Positions 49,335-57,932 of a stretch of DNA of 64,000 nt are shown here, one piece after another. The notes under the pieces are model-generated. The model was given only the letters and a program-made list of their open reading frames with translations, searched no databases and was not told where the DNA came from. Location of the stretch: the NCBI GenBank assembly GCA_965223545.1, contig OZ245006.1, positions 5,728,001 to 5,792,000 of the forward strand, in the 5' to 3' direction. The stretch's first letter is position 1. Every line of letters begins with the position of its first letter. The stretch comes from Planctomycetota bacterium (GTDB lineage: Bacteria; Planctomycetota; UBA1135; UBA2386). A program made the translations under genes and the position numbers.

Positions 49335-51125
49335 TCAGTCGTTGTCGTAGAGCACCCGCTCGCGCAGGTAGGCGTGGTTGAGTCGGTTGAGGCCGCTGTT
49401 GAGGTTGATCGAGCCCTCGAAGCTGATCCGCGGGCTCATCACGTTCTGGGAGAATCCGCTGAACAGCGGGTCGTTGTCGATGTGACCGCCGCTCGAGCCG
49501 GGGAAGTTGGTCGAATCGCCGCCGTAGAGCCCGGTGGGCATCGCGCCGTCCTTGACCAGCCCCATGCTGTGGCCGCACTCGTGCGCGGTGATCACCGAGA
49601 TCGAGCGGGCGAAGCGCAGGATCGCGGTGTCGATCGTCGTCGCGCGCGCGTCCTGCAGGGTGCCTGCCAGGCGCGAGGCGTCCTGCGGGTCGTCCCCGAT
49701 CGGGGTGCCGCCGAACCCCGGCATCAGGTCGTCATACGTGGTGCGAAACGTGCTCGCCGCCCCCGACCGGACGCCGCCGTGCGCGAGGGTGTGCATGAAC
49801 ACTCCGAGCCGCTGGCCGGAGAAGTCGACCAGGCAGTCGTCGTCCTGGGTCTCGTTGCTCTCGTCGAAGATCGCCAGGCCGAGCACGCCTCCGCTGCCGG
49901 CGGCCTCGTAGGCGCCGGCGATGCACATCTGCGAGAAGCCGAACGAGGCGTAGGGCACGCTGCCGGTGGTGGTCGATGCGAACGGCCCCGGCGACGTCGT
50001 GGTGAAGGTCACCGCGACGCCGCTGAAGATCTCGCCCAGGCGCTGCAGCAGCTCTGTCTCGAGCTGGTCGGCGACGGTGGAGTTGACGCCGGAGTCGCTG
50101 CCGAACAACCCGATGATCGCGTACAGGTCTTCGATGTCCGGAGTGCCGTTGGCGCCGTCGATGATGTTGATCGCCGGCGGCGTGCCGCCGCCGCCGGCGG
50201 CGAACGAGAAGCTCTCGATGTCGCGCGAGGTGTCCAAGAACCAGGTCTGGCCGGACTCCATCGGCCGAATCCCATCGTTGACCGAGGTCGTGCGGAAGCT
50301 GAACTGTGCCGGGACCGAGCTCATCCCCGAAGTGTCGACGACGACCGCAGTCACGGTGACGGGGCCTGTGGGCAGCTGCACGCCGGCGGGCACCGTGAAG
50401 GCGCTGTGGTTGCCGGTCGCGGTCAGCGACAACTCGGACGACACATCGCTGCCGGCGGCGATGACTCCGCTCGGACCGGTGACGTCGACGTCGAACGAGA
50501 TCTGGGTCAGCGCGGTGGCGATCGGCGACGACGGATCGTCGTAGTCCAGATCGATGACGAAGCCGTTGGGCGGCACCTGCAGCGTGCCGGCGGCGGGGCC
50601 GGTGCCGTTGATCGGGTCTTGGATGTCGTTGAGCGTCAGCTGACTGATCGTCGGCTCCGACCCGTCGCCCCCGAGGATCGTCTGTGGCGCACTCGGTTCG
50701 GCGAGCGCGCCGTCGGTGCCCGCGACCGCGTCGTTGAGGAGGTCGAAGTCGATGGTCGTCACTCCGGCGGTCAGGTCGACGCCGGCGCCCAACCGGATGC
50801 GGACGGCGCGCGCGTTGATCAACGACGGGGCCAGCGTGACGCTGCCGAGGCTGCCGGCCGACAGCGCGATGTCCTCGTCGGTCAACAGCGCGCCGGTCAG
50901 TGCGATGTCGCGCGACATCAACAGCGTCAGCGAGTCGCCGGCCGCGGCCGTGGCGCCGGTGGTCAGCAGCGTGGCGCCGACGATGATGGGGGCCGGCGTC
51001 GGCGCGCTGCCGCCGCCACCGCTGCCACTGCATCCGATGAGCAGCAAGCCCGCGGTGGCCATCGCGGTGGCGCGGGTTGCCGGCGCGAGCGCCGCCGCGT
51101 GGCGGTACCGAGTCGGGGTTCTCAT
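49335..51125 (-). CDS. Lipoprotein with C-terminal metzincin-like zinc metalloprotease domain
   Basis: LLLIGC lipobox, Gly linker, beta-rich domains, ITAHECGHSMGL and NVMSP Met-turn. Confidence 0.75.
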   Translation of the reverse strand: MRTPTRYRHAAALAPATRATAMATAGLLLIGCSGSGGGGSAPTPAPIIVGATLLTTGATAAAGDSLTLLMSRDIALTGALLTDEDIALSAGSLGSVTLAPSLINARAVRIRLGAGVDLTAGVTTIDFDLLNDAVAGTDGALAEPSAPQTILGGDGSEPTISQLTLNDIQDPINGTGPAAGTLQVPPNGFVIDLDYDDPSSPIATALTQISFDVDVTGPSGVIAAGSDVSSELSLTATGNHSAFTVPAGVQLPTGPVTVTAVVVDTSGMSSVPAQFSFRTTSVNDGIRPMESGQTWFLDTSRDIESFSFAAGGGGTPPAINIIDGANGTPDIEDLYAIIGLFGSDSGVNSTVADQLETELLQRLGEIFSGVAVTFTTTSPGPFASTTTGSVPYASFGFSQMCIAGAYEAAGSGGVLGLAIFDESNETQDDDCLVDFSGQRLGVFMHTLAHGGVRSGAASTFRTTYDDLMPGFGGTPIGDDPQDASRLAGTLQDARATTIDTAILRFARSISVITAHECGHSMGLVKDGAMPTGLYGGDSTNFPGSSGGHIDNDPLFSGFSQNVMSPRISFEGSINLNSGLNRLNHAYLRERVLYDND

Positions 51126-51542
51126 GCGTGTCTCGTTGGTCCTTTGACGGGCTGATCGCGCCGCCGCGGTGATCGCGTTTCCGCCGGTGGCGCGGTTCGA
51201 ACTCGGTCCTGATTACCCGGTGGCAGGGCCGACTCCAGCTCTTTCATCGGCGGAATCAGCGCCAGGCTGACGGCGAACTCGAGCCCGGGCCGCTGTGCGC
51301 CCGCCCGTTTGGCGCCGGTGGCATCGGCGTATCGCGCGATCGACGGCCCGCGCGCAGCGCGTCGGCGATGCGATGCGTGGGCGTGTGCGCCCCGAGGCCT
51401 TCTTTTTCCAGCCGCAATTCCCCACCGGCATGGGCGGAAGTCCCCTCCTGGGGCCTTCGCAACTCAACCCTGCACAAGCACATACCGAAAGAAGGGGCGC
51501 GGTCGCTCAGGCCGCGGCACAACTGGGACACACAGCACTGTC

Positions 51543-52472
51543 ATGATGAAACTCGCGGTCGGGGAGGTCGTCGAGGACTACCAGATCTCCCGATTCCTGG
51601 GCCGGGGCGGATTTGCCTCTGCGTTTCTGGCCGAGCACCAGGGATCCGGTGAAAAGGTCGCCCTCAAGGTGGGCCACCCCTCCGGGGGTGGTCGCCAGGT
51701 GACTCGCTTGTATGAGATCACCTCGCGACGCACGCCCGAGGGCATCAGCCCCGACGAGCTGCCGGGCGAGGCGGTCTTCCTGGAGCCGGCGGGCTTCCGC
51801 ATCGATCTCTTGGATGAGAACGAGATCAGCCAGATGCTGCGCACCGAAGCCGCACTGCTCGAGCACAACAGCTCGACCAATCTGGTCAAGCTCGTCGATC
51901 GGCTCGAGCTCGACGGGGGGCCGGTGTTGGTCTTGGAGTTCGTCCGCGGCAAGACGCTGCGCGAGAAGATCAGGGGCCTCGAGGGAATCCACCTCAACTG
52001 GTTCCTCGCCGCGGTGCGCGCGCTGATCAAGCTCAAAGACGAGGGCGCGCTCGACTACCACGGCGATCTCAAGCCGGAGAACATCGTCGTCAAGCCGAGC
52101 GGCAAGATCGTGCTGATCGATCCCGCGATGCGGCTGCCCGGTCAGCCGGTGATCACGACGACGCCGCACTACAACCCGCTGCTGCACTGCGACAGCAAGG
52201 CCGACGTGATGGCGATCGGCATCATGATCTACGAGATCCTGACCGGCACGTTGCCGTTCGACGAGGTGCCGTGGGAATACGCGGGCACGCGCAGCGGCGG
52301 GGAGACCGTGCGGTTGTCGCTGTCGTATTTCTACAGCTACTGCCCGCCGCAGGTCCTCAACCCGAAGACCCCGCCGGAGCTGGAGCAGATCGTCTACCGT
52401 TGCATCACGGTGCCGTCCTACGGGCTGCCCGAGCTCAAGGCCGACCTCGAGGACTTCATCGGCAAGGCCTGA
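51543..52472 (+). CDS. Stand-alone cytoplasmic Ser/Thr kinase-like protein (atypical motifs)
   Basis: LGRGGFA, VALK, HGDLKPEN, DPA in place of DFG, DVMAIG. Confidence 0.85.
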   Translation: MMKLAVGEVVEDYQISRFLGRGGFASAFLAEHQGSGEKVALKVGHPSGGGRQVTRLYEITSRRTPEGISPDELPGEAVFLEPAGFRIDLLDENEISQMLRTEAALLEHNSSTNLVKLVDRLELDGGPVLVLEFVRGKTLREKIRGLEGIHLNWFLAAVRALIKLKDEGALDYHGDLKPENIVVKPSGKIVLIDPAMRLPGQPVITTTPHYNPLLHCDSKADVMAIGIMIYEILTGTLPFDEVPWEYAGTRSGGETVRLSLSYFYSYCPPQVLNPKTPPELEQIVYRCITVPSYGLPELKADLEDFIGKA

Positions 52473-52496
52473 GCGCGGTTGATATAACGGCGGGGC

Positions 52497-55088
52497 ATGC
52501 GTGTTCTCGCGGCCCTGCTGTGCCTTCTCGCCGGCGTTCTGCTCGTCCTTTGGTGGTCGCCGGCCGATCCGGTGGCGAACTCCGCCGGTGACGGCGTGCG
52601 CGTGGCGGAGGCCGGCGCCGCCGCGTCAGGAGTGGAGCCGCAGCCGGAGGATCCACCCGCGACACCGTTGCCGCGACACGATGTCGCGCCGCGGGCGGTG
52701 GACGTGGGAGTGTTGGCAGGCCGAGTTCGTACGCCGGGCGGCGAAGCAGTCGCGGGCGCGTCGCTCTCCGTTCGCCGTGTCGAGGGCGTGAGCGCCGGAA
52801 GCACGGTGGTGTTGGAGGCCGATGACGACGGTCGGTTCGAGTTCGCCACCGAGCAGCCGTGCACGATCCTGTCGATCTCGGTCGCGCCGACCGAGCGGAC
52901 GACCGCAGTCGAGCGGTGGTTGCGGCTACGGCTGCGGCCGGGAGATCGCACCGAGATCGAGCTGACCGCCGGCAGCGGGGCCACGGTGCGCGGCCGGGTC
53001 GTCGATGGCCAGGGCGCGCCGGTCGCGCGCGCCCGCGTGCTCGCCTGGCACGACGATCCGCATCGCATCGATGGTCGCTACTCGGTTCCGCCGCAGCGGG
53101 CGGTCGAGGCCGATGATCGCGGCCACTTCGAGCTGCGGCACATCGGGCCACGTTTCGTGCTCAGCGCCGAAGCGGACGGGCTGCTGTGCCGCACCCGGCT
53201 GCGTGGCGACGTCGATGGGCGCGATTCGATCGAGGGATTGGAGCTGGAACTCGCCCCCTCGGCGGTGCTGCACGGTCGCTTGTTGGACTCTGGCGGCGAG
53301 CCGATTCCCGATTATCGCTTTGCCAACCACTTCGGATCGAGCAGTAGCAACGCGGACCAGACTGGCGCCCCCGGAGTTTGGCGGGCGCGGCCCGAGCACA
53401 ACGTGACGACGACGGCGGCCGATGGCACGTTTCGCATCGAGGTCGTGCGCGACCATCGCTACTTGTGGGAAGTGCAGCATCCGATGCACCCGATGTGGAG
53501 GGGGGCGCATCGTGCGACCGATGGCGATCTGGAGGTGCAGCTCGAATCCGGCGAGGCGGTGCGCGGTCGCGTGTTCGCGCCGGGTGGAGGCCCCGCGGAT
53601 GGGGCAGTGGTCGAGCTCAACGACTATCCGGATCGTCGCGTTGCCACCGGTCCGGATGGCCGCTTCGAGCTGCGCGGTGCGCCGTTGGCAGAGAAGCACT
53701 ACCTCGCCGTGTCGATGCCAGGGGCGGCGATCCACTGTGTGCAGCCGATCGGTGATCCTGAGGACGTCCGCGTCGAGCTGACGCCGGGGTTGGCGTTGGC
53801 CGGACACGTGGTCGATGCTGGCGGTGCGCCGGTGTTCGATGCGCTGGTCGAGATCGTCGGGGATCGGCAGGTGAACCCTGGGTTTAGGTTCGGTGGCGTG
53901 CCGACGTGGGAATGGGCGCATGGTCGCGACCGGACGCGCACCGCAGTGGATGGCTCGTTTCGGTTCGAGCAGCTCTACGATGGCGAGTTCGTCGTGCGCG
54001 TGCACCATCCCTTCGACGCGCGGCTGACGTCGGAGACCGTGGCCCGCTCGGGGGCCGAGGCAATGCGCGTTCAGCTCGATGAGGCGGCGATGCGCGGGGT
54101 CGTGTTCGTCGGGACCGCGCGTGATGGGCGCACTGGGACTCCGATTCCTTCGTTTCTGGTTTGGGTCACCGACACGGCGACCGGTCGAGGCCAGTCCTAC
54201 GAGGTGGAGGCGGTCGATGGGGCGTTCGAGTTGCCCGGGTTCAAGTCGGGGCGCTACATCGTGGCGGTGGAAGCCGAGGGGTTTGCGCGGGCGGTGGACG
54301 AGGCCCGCGACTGCGAGGTTGGCGAGCACAGGTTCGACGCCAGCATGGATCCGGTGCGCAGCTTGGAGGTGCGCGTCGTCGAAGCCGGCGGCGGCGGCGC
54401 GCCGGCGGAGCTGTCGGTGTTCGAGGTCGGATCGGATCAGCCGCTGTGGGTGATCACCTCTCCTGGCAGCAGGTCGCTGACCCTGGATACCGGTAGGGAC
54501 GGCAGAGCGCGTCTGGAGGGCTTGCCGGGTCGCGCGCTGGTTTTGCAGGTGCGGTCGCCGGGAGCCGACATCGTGCGGCGGCCGTTGGATCTGAGCGAAC
54601 CCCCGGAAGGGCCGGTCACGGTCGTGCTCGCCGCACCGCCCCCGACGGTCGACGTGCATGTGCTCGTCTTGGAGATGCCGGGAGCGCCGATCGAGCTTCC
54701 GCCGGCGGTCACCGAAGAATGGCTGGTCCGCGCGCTCGCGGCGGGCGACGTCGCGCCAGTGGAGCAACCCGTCACCGCCGAGCTGACCGGCATCGACGGC
54801 AAACACCTGAGCTCTGGTGATTGTCGAGTGGTCGGTCGCGAACAGGTCGGGGACTTGTGGAGGTTGGCACTCGAGCTGAGCATGCTGGCCAACGTGGGTG
54901 AGGACCTCGGCTTCGGCGTCACCACGAGTAGTTTGACCGCAGCCCTCCAGCTGCGCGGTGAACGTACCCCGATGCGCCTGTCGGTGCGGGCCGAGGGGTA
55001 CGAGGATGCCGAACGCAGGTTGGACGCGACGGCCGCGCACGGAGAACAGCCGCTGGAGGTGGTCGTCGTTCTGCGGCGCGCGCGGTGA
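52497..55088 (+). CDS. Membrane-anchored protein with tandem carboxypeptidase-regulatory-like beta-sandwich domains
   Basis: N-terminal TM; repeated GRV.D..G.PV..A.V ... DG.F motifs. Confidence 0.8.
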   Translation: MRVLAALLCLLAGVLLVLWWSPADPVANSAGDGVRVAEAGAAASGVEPQPEDPPATPLPRHDVAPRAVDVGVLAGRVRTPGGEAVAGASLSVRRVEGVSAGSTVVLEADDDGRFEFATEQPCTILSISVAPTERTTAVERWLRLRLRPGDRTEIELTAGSGATVRGRVVDGQGAPVARARVLAWHDDPHRIDGRYSVPPQRAVEADDRGHFELRHIGPRFVLSAEADGLLCRTRLRGDVDGRDSIEGLELELAPSAVLHGRLLDSGGEPIPDYRFANHFGSSSSNADQTGAPGVWRARPEHNVTTTAADGTFRIEVVRDHRYLWEVQHPMHPMWRGAHRATDGDLEVQLESGEAVRGRVFAPGGGPADGAVVELNDYPDRRVATGPDGRFELRGAPLAEKHYLAVSMPGAAIHCVQPIGDPEDVRVELTPGLALAGHVVDAGGAPVFDALVEIVGDRQVNPGFRFGGVPTWEWAHGRDRTRTAVDGSFRFEQLYDGEFVVRVHHPFDARLTSETVARSGAEAMRVQLDEAAMRGVVFVGTARDGRTGTPIPSFLVWVTDTATGRGQSYEVEAVDGAFELPGFKSGRYIVAVEAEGFARAVDEARDCEVGEHRFDASMDPVRSLEVRVVEAGGGGAPAELSVFEVGSDQPLWVITSPGSRSLTLDTGRDGRARLEGLPGRALVLQVRSPGADIVRRPLDLSEPPEGPVTVVLAAPPPTVDVHVLVLEMPGAPIELPPAVTEEWLVRALAAGDVAPVEQPVTAELTGIDGKHLSSGDCRVVGREQVGDLWRLALELSMLANVGEDLGFGVTTSSLTAALQLRGERTPMRLSVRAEGYEDAERRLDATAAHGEQPLEVVVVLRRAR

Positions 55089-55290
55089 GCCTCGGGGTCC
55101 GAGAATGTTCGAGCGGCAACAACCTTTCGGAAGGCCCGTCGTCGCCGGGACTTCGATACCGCAACTCCCGGAGGCTCGAAGACAACACTGGCGTCTGCGC
55201 TCAGCGCGGCCGCCGGCGACCGCGGGACCTGCGACCGACGCTCGGGTCGCGGAATGCTCCGTGTTTGGTTGCGGCCTCGGCCGCGCTGAG
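55086..55290. repeat. Composite repeat A-B (A 55086-55203, B 55204-55286), containing an empty IS110 target
   Basis: A is 117/118 identical to 33465-33582; B is near-identical to 33382-33464. Confidence 0.92.
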
Positions 55291-55335
55291 AGAATGAAGC
55301 GAGAAAAACGAGCCTGACTCCGTACGTTTCGCTGG

Positions 55336-55923
55336 ATGCGAAGGGTTTCGATTGTTTGTTTGGTCGGGCTGCTGGCGTCGTGTTCGGCGACGCGTAGCCG
55401 GCTCGTGGATTACGCCGAGGCGCCCGGCCTGCGGGTGGAGTCGCCGCCGGCGGGAGAAGCCGTGGTCGTCTTCTTGCGGCCTGACTTCATGGGCCATGGG
55501 GTCAGCGCGGTGGTCTACGACGGCGAGGAGTTCTTGTCCGTCGTGATGGCCGATTCGCACTACGTGCACCGGACGACCGCGGGGGCGCATCGCTTCATGG
55601 TGGTCAGCGAGGCCGCCGATTTCATGGACGCGGAGCTTGGCAGCGGTCAGGTGTACTTCGCGGAAGTCGATCCTCGAATGGGCTGGTGGCGCGCCCGGTT
55701 CAGTCTGATCCCGTTGCCCGCGGGGGGAGACGACTGGGACGAGCTCGACGGTTGGCTCGAGGATTCGTATGAGATCACGCCCAACGACAAGGGACGGGAG
55801 TGGGCGGTCAACAACCACGAGTCGGTGCTGTCGAAGAAGGCCGAGTTCCTCGAGGAGTGGTTGGAGAAGGAGGCGCGGCCCGCGCTGGGACCGGGCGATG
55901 GTGTGCCGCGGTATCCGGAGTAG
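55336..55923 (+). CDS. Lipoprotein, DUF2846-like
   Basis: LLASC lipobox; AVVVFLRP...GAHRFMVVSEAADFMDAEL..GQVYF. Confidence 0.7.
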   Translation: MRRVSIVCLVGLLASCSATRSRLVDYAEAPGLRVESPPAGEAVVVFLRPDFMGHGVSAVVYDGEEFLSVVMADSHYVHRTTAGAHRFMVVSEAADFMDAELGSGQVYFAEVDPRMGWWRARFSLIPLPAGGDDWDELDGWLEDSYEITPNDKGREWAVNNHESVLSKKAEFLEEWLEKEARPALGPGDGVPRYPE

Positions 55924-56040
55924 GTCGGAGAAGCGGGACGTTCGAGCCTGACCTGTAGTTTCGCGGAATCGCGCAGCGTTGGCTCCGTTCGCGGCCAGGG
56001 GAGTTGACCCCGGCTGCTCTGACAGAAACGGAGGAACGCA

Positions 56041-56772
56041 ATGCTCGGCCGGCCTGGATTCCGCGCCGCGGTAGTGCTGCTCGTCGCCGTTCTCGCCGGC
56101 CTCAATGTGGTCCAGTACGTGGCTGGGCGTCGGTCGGACCGCGAGGTCATCGACGAGTTCGCCAAGCTGTGGCTGCACAGCCCCGGTCCCCACCGGTGCG
56201 AGTGGCTCGGGATTCCGGTGCTGCAGAATCCGATGGACGTCTGGGTCACGCAGGAGCTGATCCACGAGGTCGCGCCGGACTACGTGGTCGAGACCGGCAC
56301 GCTGATGGGGGGCAGCGCGTTGGTCTGGGCTTCGGTGCTGGAGCAGGTCAACCCGAGCGGCCGCGTCATCACGATCGACATCGAGGATCGAACGGAGGAG
56401 GCGCGGACGCGGCCGCTGTGGTCGCGGCGCATCGAGTTCCTACACGGCAGCTCGGTCGATCCCCAGATCGTCGCGTCGGTCGCGCGCCGGGTTGCTGGCA
56501 AGAAGGTCGTCGTGATTCTCGACTCGGACCACCGCAGGGAGCATGTCCTGGCCGAGCTGCGTGCCTACACGCCGTTGGTGCCGGTCGGGTCGTACGTCAT
56601 CGTCCAAGACACCGTCTTTGGCCACCCGGTGCCGCCGCTGCTGTCGGGCCCGCTGGCCTGGGAAGCGGTGCACGAGTTCGTGACTGACAACGACGCTTGG
56701 CAGGCCGATCCGCGGTTCGAGCGTCTGTTGTTCACCATGCACCCCGGTGGGTACCTGAGGCGGTTGCGTTGA
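56041..56772 (+). CDS. CmcI (cephalosporin hydroxylase)-family methyltransferase
   Basis: WLGIPVLQNPMD, PDYVVETG..GGSA, GSSVD, ILDSDH..EHVLAEL, YVIVQD, PGGYL. Confidence 0.9.
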   Translation: MLGRPGFRAAVVLLVAVLAGLNVVQYVAGRRSDREVIDEFAKLWLHSPGPHRCEWLGIPVLQNPMDVWVTQELIHEVAPDYVVETGTLMGGSALVWASVLEQVNPSGRVITIDIEDRTEEARTRPLWSRRIEFLHGSSVDPQIVASVARRVAGKKVVVILDSDHRREHVLAELRAYTPLVPVGSYVIVQDTVFGHPVPPLLSGPLAWEAVHEFVTDNDAWQADPRFERLLFTMHPGGYLRRLR

Positions 56773-56794
56773 TGGCGTTTGCGGCAGGGGAGCG

Positions 56795-57904
56795 ATGAGG
56801 GTGCTGGTCACCGGCGGCGCCGGCCTGATCGGCAGCCACGTCGTCGACGCGCTCCTCGCGATGGGCTGCTCGGTCACGATTCTCGACAGTTTGGAGCCGA
56901 CCGTGCACCGCAACGGCATGCCGGCCTGGGTTCCCGCTGCCGCGCGTTTCGTGCGCGGTGACGTCCGCGACTCCCGCGCGGTCGGTCGCGCCATCGAAGG
57001 GTGCGATGCCGTCGTGCACATGGCTGCCGCGAGTGGGTTCAGCCCGGACGACAGTGCGATCGAAGCAGTCAACTGTCGCGGTACCGACTGCGTCCTCACG
57101 GCGGTCGCCGGCTCGAGCACCGTGCGCCGGGTAGTCGTCGCGTCGAGTATGGCGGTGTACGGGGAGGGGATGTACGGCTGCGTCCAGCACGGGGCCTTCC
57201 GCGGCGAGGCGCGTGCTCCGGCGGCGCTGGAGCGAGGACACTGGGACGTGCCGTGCCCCACTTGCCGTGGTCCGGGCTTTCCTGTGCCGATCGAAGAAGC
57301 AACGCGGCCGCTACCGAGGGGTACCTACGCGCGCAGCAAGCTCTACCAAGAACAGCGGACGCTCGCCGCGGGCGCGAGCCTCGGTGTGCATGCATCCGCG
57401 CTCAGGTTCTTTCTCACGTTCGGGCCGCGCCAGAGTCTGTCCAACCCCTACTCGGGCATTTGCTCCATCTTCGCTACCCAGCTCCTGAGCGGCGTCGCAC
57501 CCGTGGTCTATGAAGACGGGCGCCAGTCCCGCGACATGCTGGCGGTCGTCGACGTCGCGGGCGCGGTGTGCCTCGCCCTGCGTGATAGCCGTGCTGCTGG
57601 CAAGGTGTTCAACGTAGCGTCGGGAGTGCCGACAGCGATCGCCGAGTTCGTGCATCGTCTCGCCGGCGCCCTGCAGGTGCCAATCGCCCCCGATCTCCCG
57701 CGCCGGTTCCGCCCGCTCGACAACCGCCACATGCTCGGCAGCGCGGCTGCCCTCCGCGCGCTCGGCTGGCGTCCCCAGCTGACGGTGGATGCTGGCATCC
57801 GGCACTACGCGCGCTGGGTGCGTCGCCAACGTCGCGTCACGGCAGAGTTCGCCACTGCCGAAGCCCGCCTGCGCGACCTCGACATCGTGCGCCAGGCCCG
57901 CTGA
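56795..57904 (+). CDS. NAD-dependent epimerase/dehydratase with Cys-containing insert
   Basis: VTGGAGLIGSH, ASSMAVYGEG, YARSK, QSLSNPYSG; C..H...CPTC insert. Confidence 0.9.
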   Translation: MRVLVTGGAGLIGSHVVDALLAMGCSVTILDSLEPTVHRNGMPAWVPAAARFVRGDVRDSRAVGRAIEGCDAVVHMAAASGFSPDDSAIEAVNCRGTDCVLTAVAGSSTVRRVVVASSMAVYGEGMYGCVQHGAFRGEARAPAALERGHWDVPCPTCRGPGFPVPIEEATRPLPRGTYARSKLYQEQRTLAAGASLGVHASALRFFLTFGPRQSLSNPYSGICSIFATQLLSGVAPVVYEDGRQSRDMLAVVDVAGAVCLALRDSRAAGKVFNVASGVPTAIAEFVHRLAGALQVPIAPDLPRRFRPLDNRHMLGSAAALRALGWRPQLTVDAGIRHYARWVRRQRRVTAEFATAEARLRDLDIVRQAR

Positions 57905-57932
57905 AGGTACGGAGCCTGGATCCGTACCTTCA
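57902..57932. repeat. REP-like family 2 palindrome between convergent genes (possible bidirectional terminator)
   Basis: TGAAGGTACGGA-GCCTGGA-TCCGTACCTTCA, 12-bp perfect stem. Confidence 0.7.

Noticed and set aside
51180..51215. GGTTCGAACTC resembling a tRNA T-loop
   Set aside because: No cloverleaf, acceptor stem or CCA could be built around it
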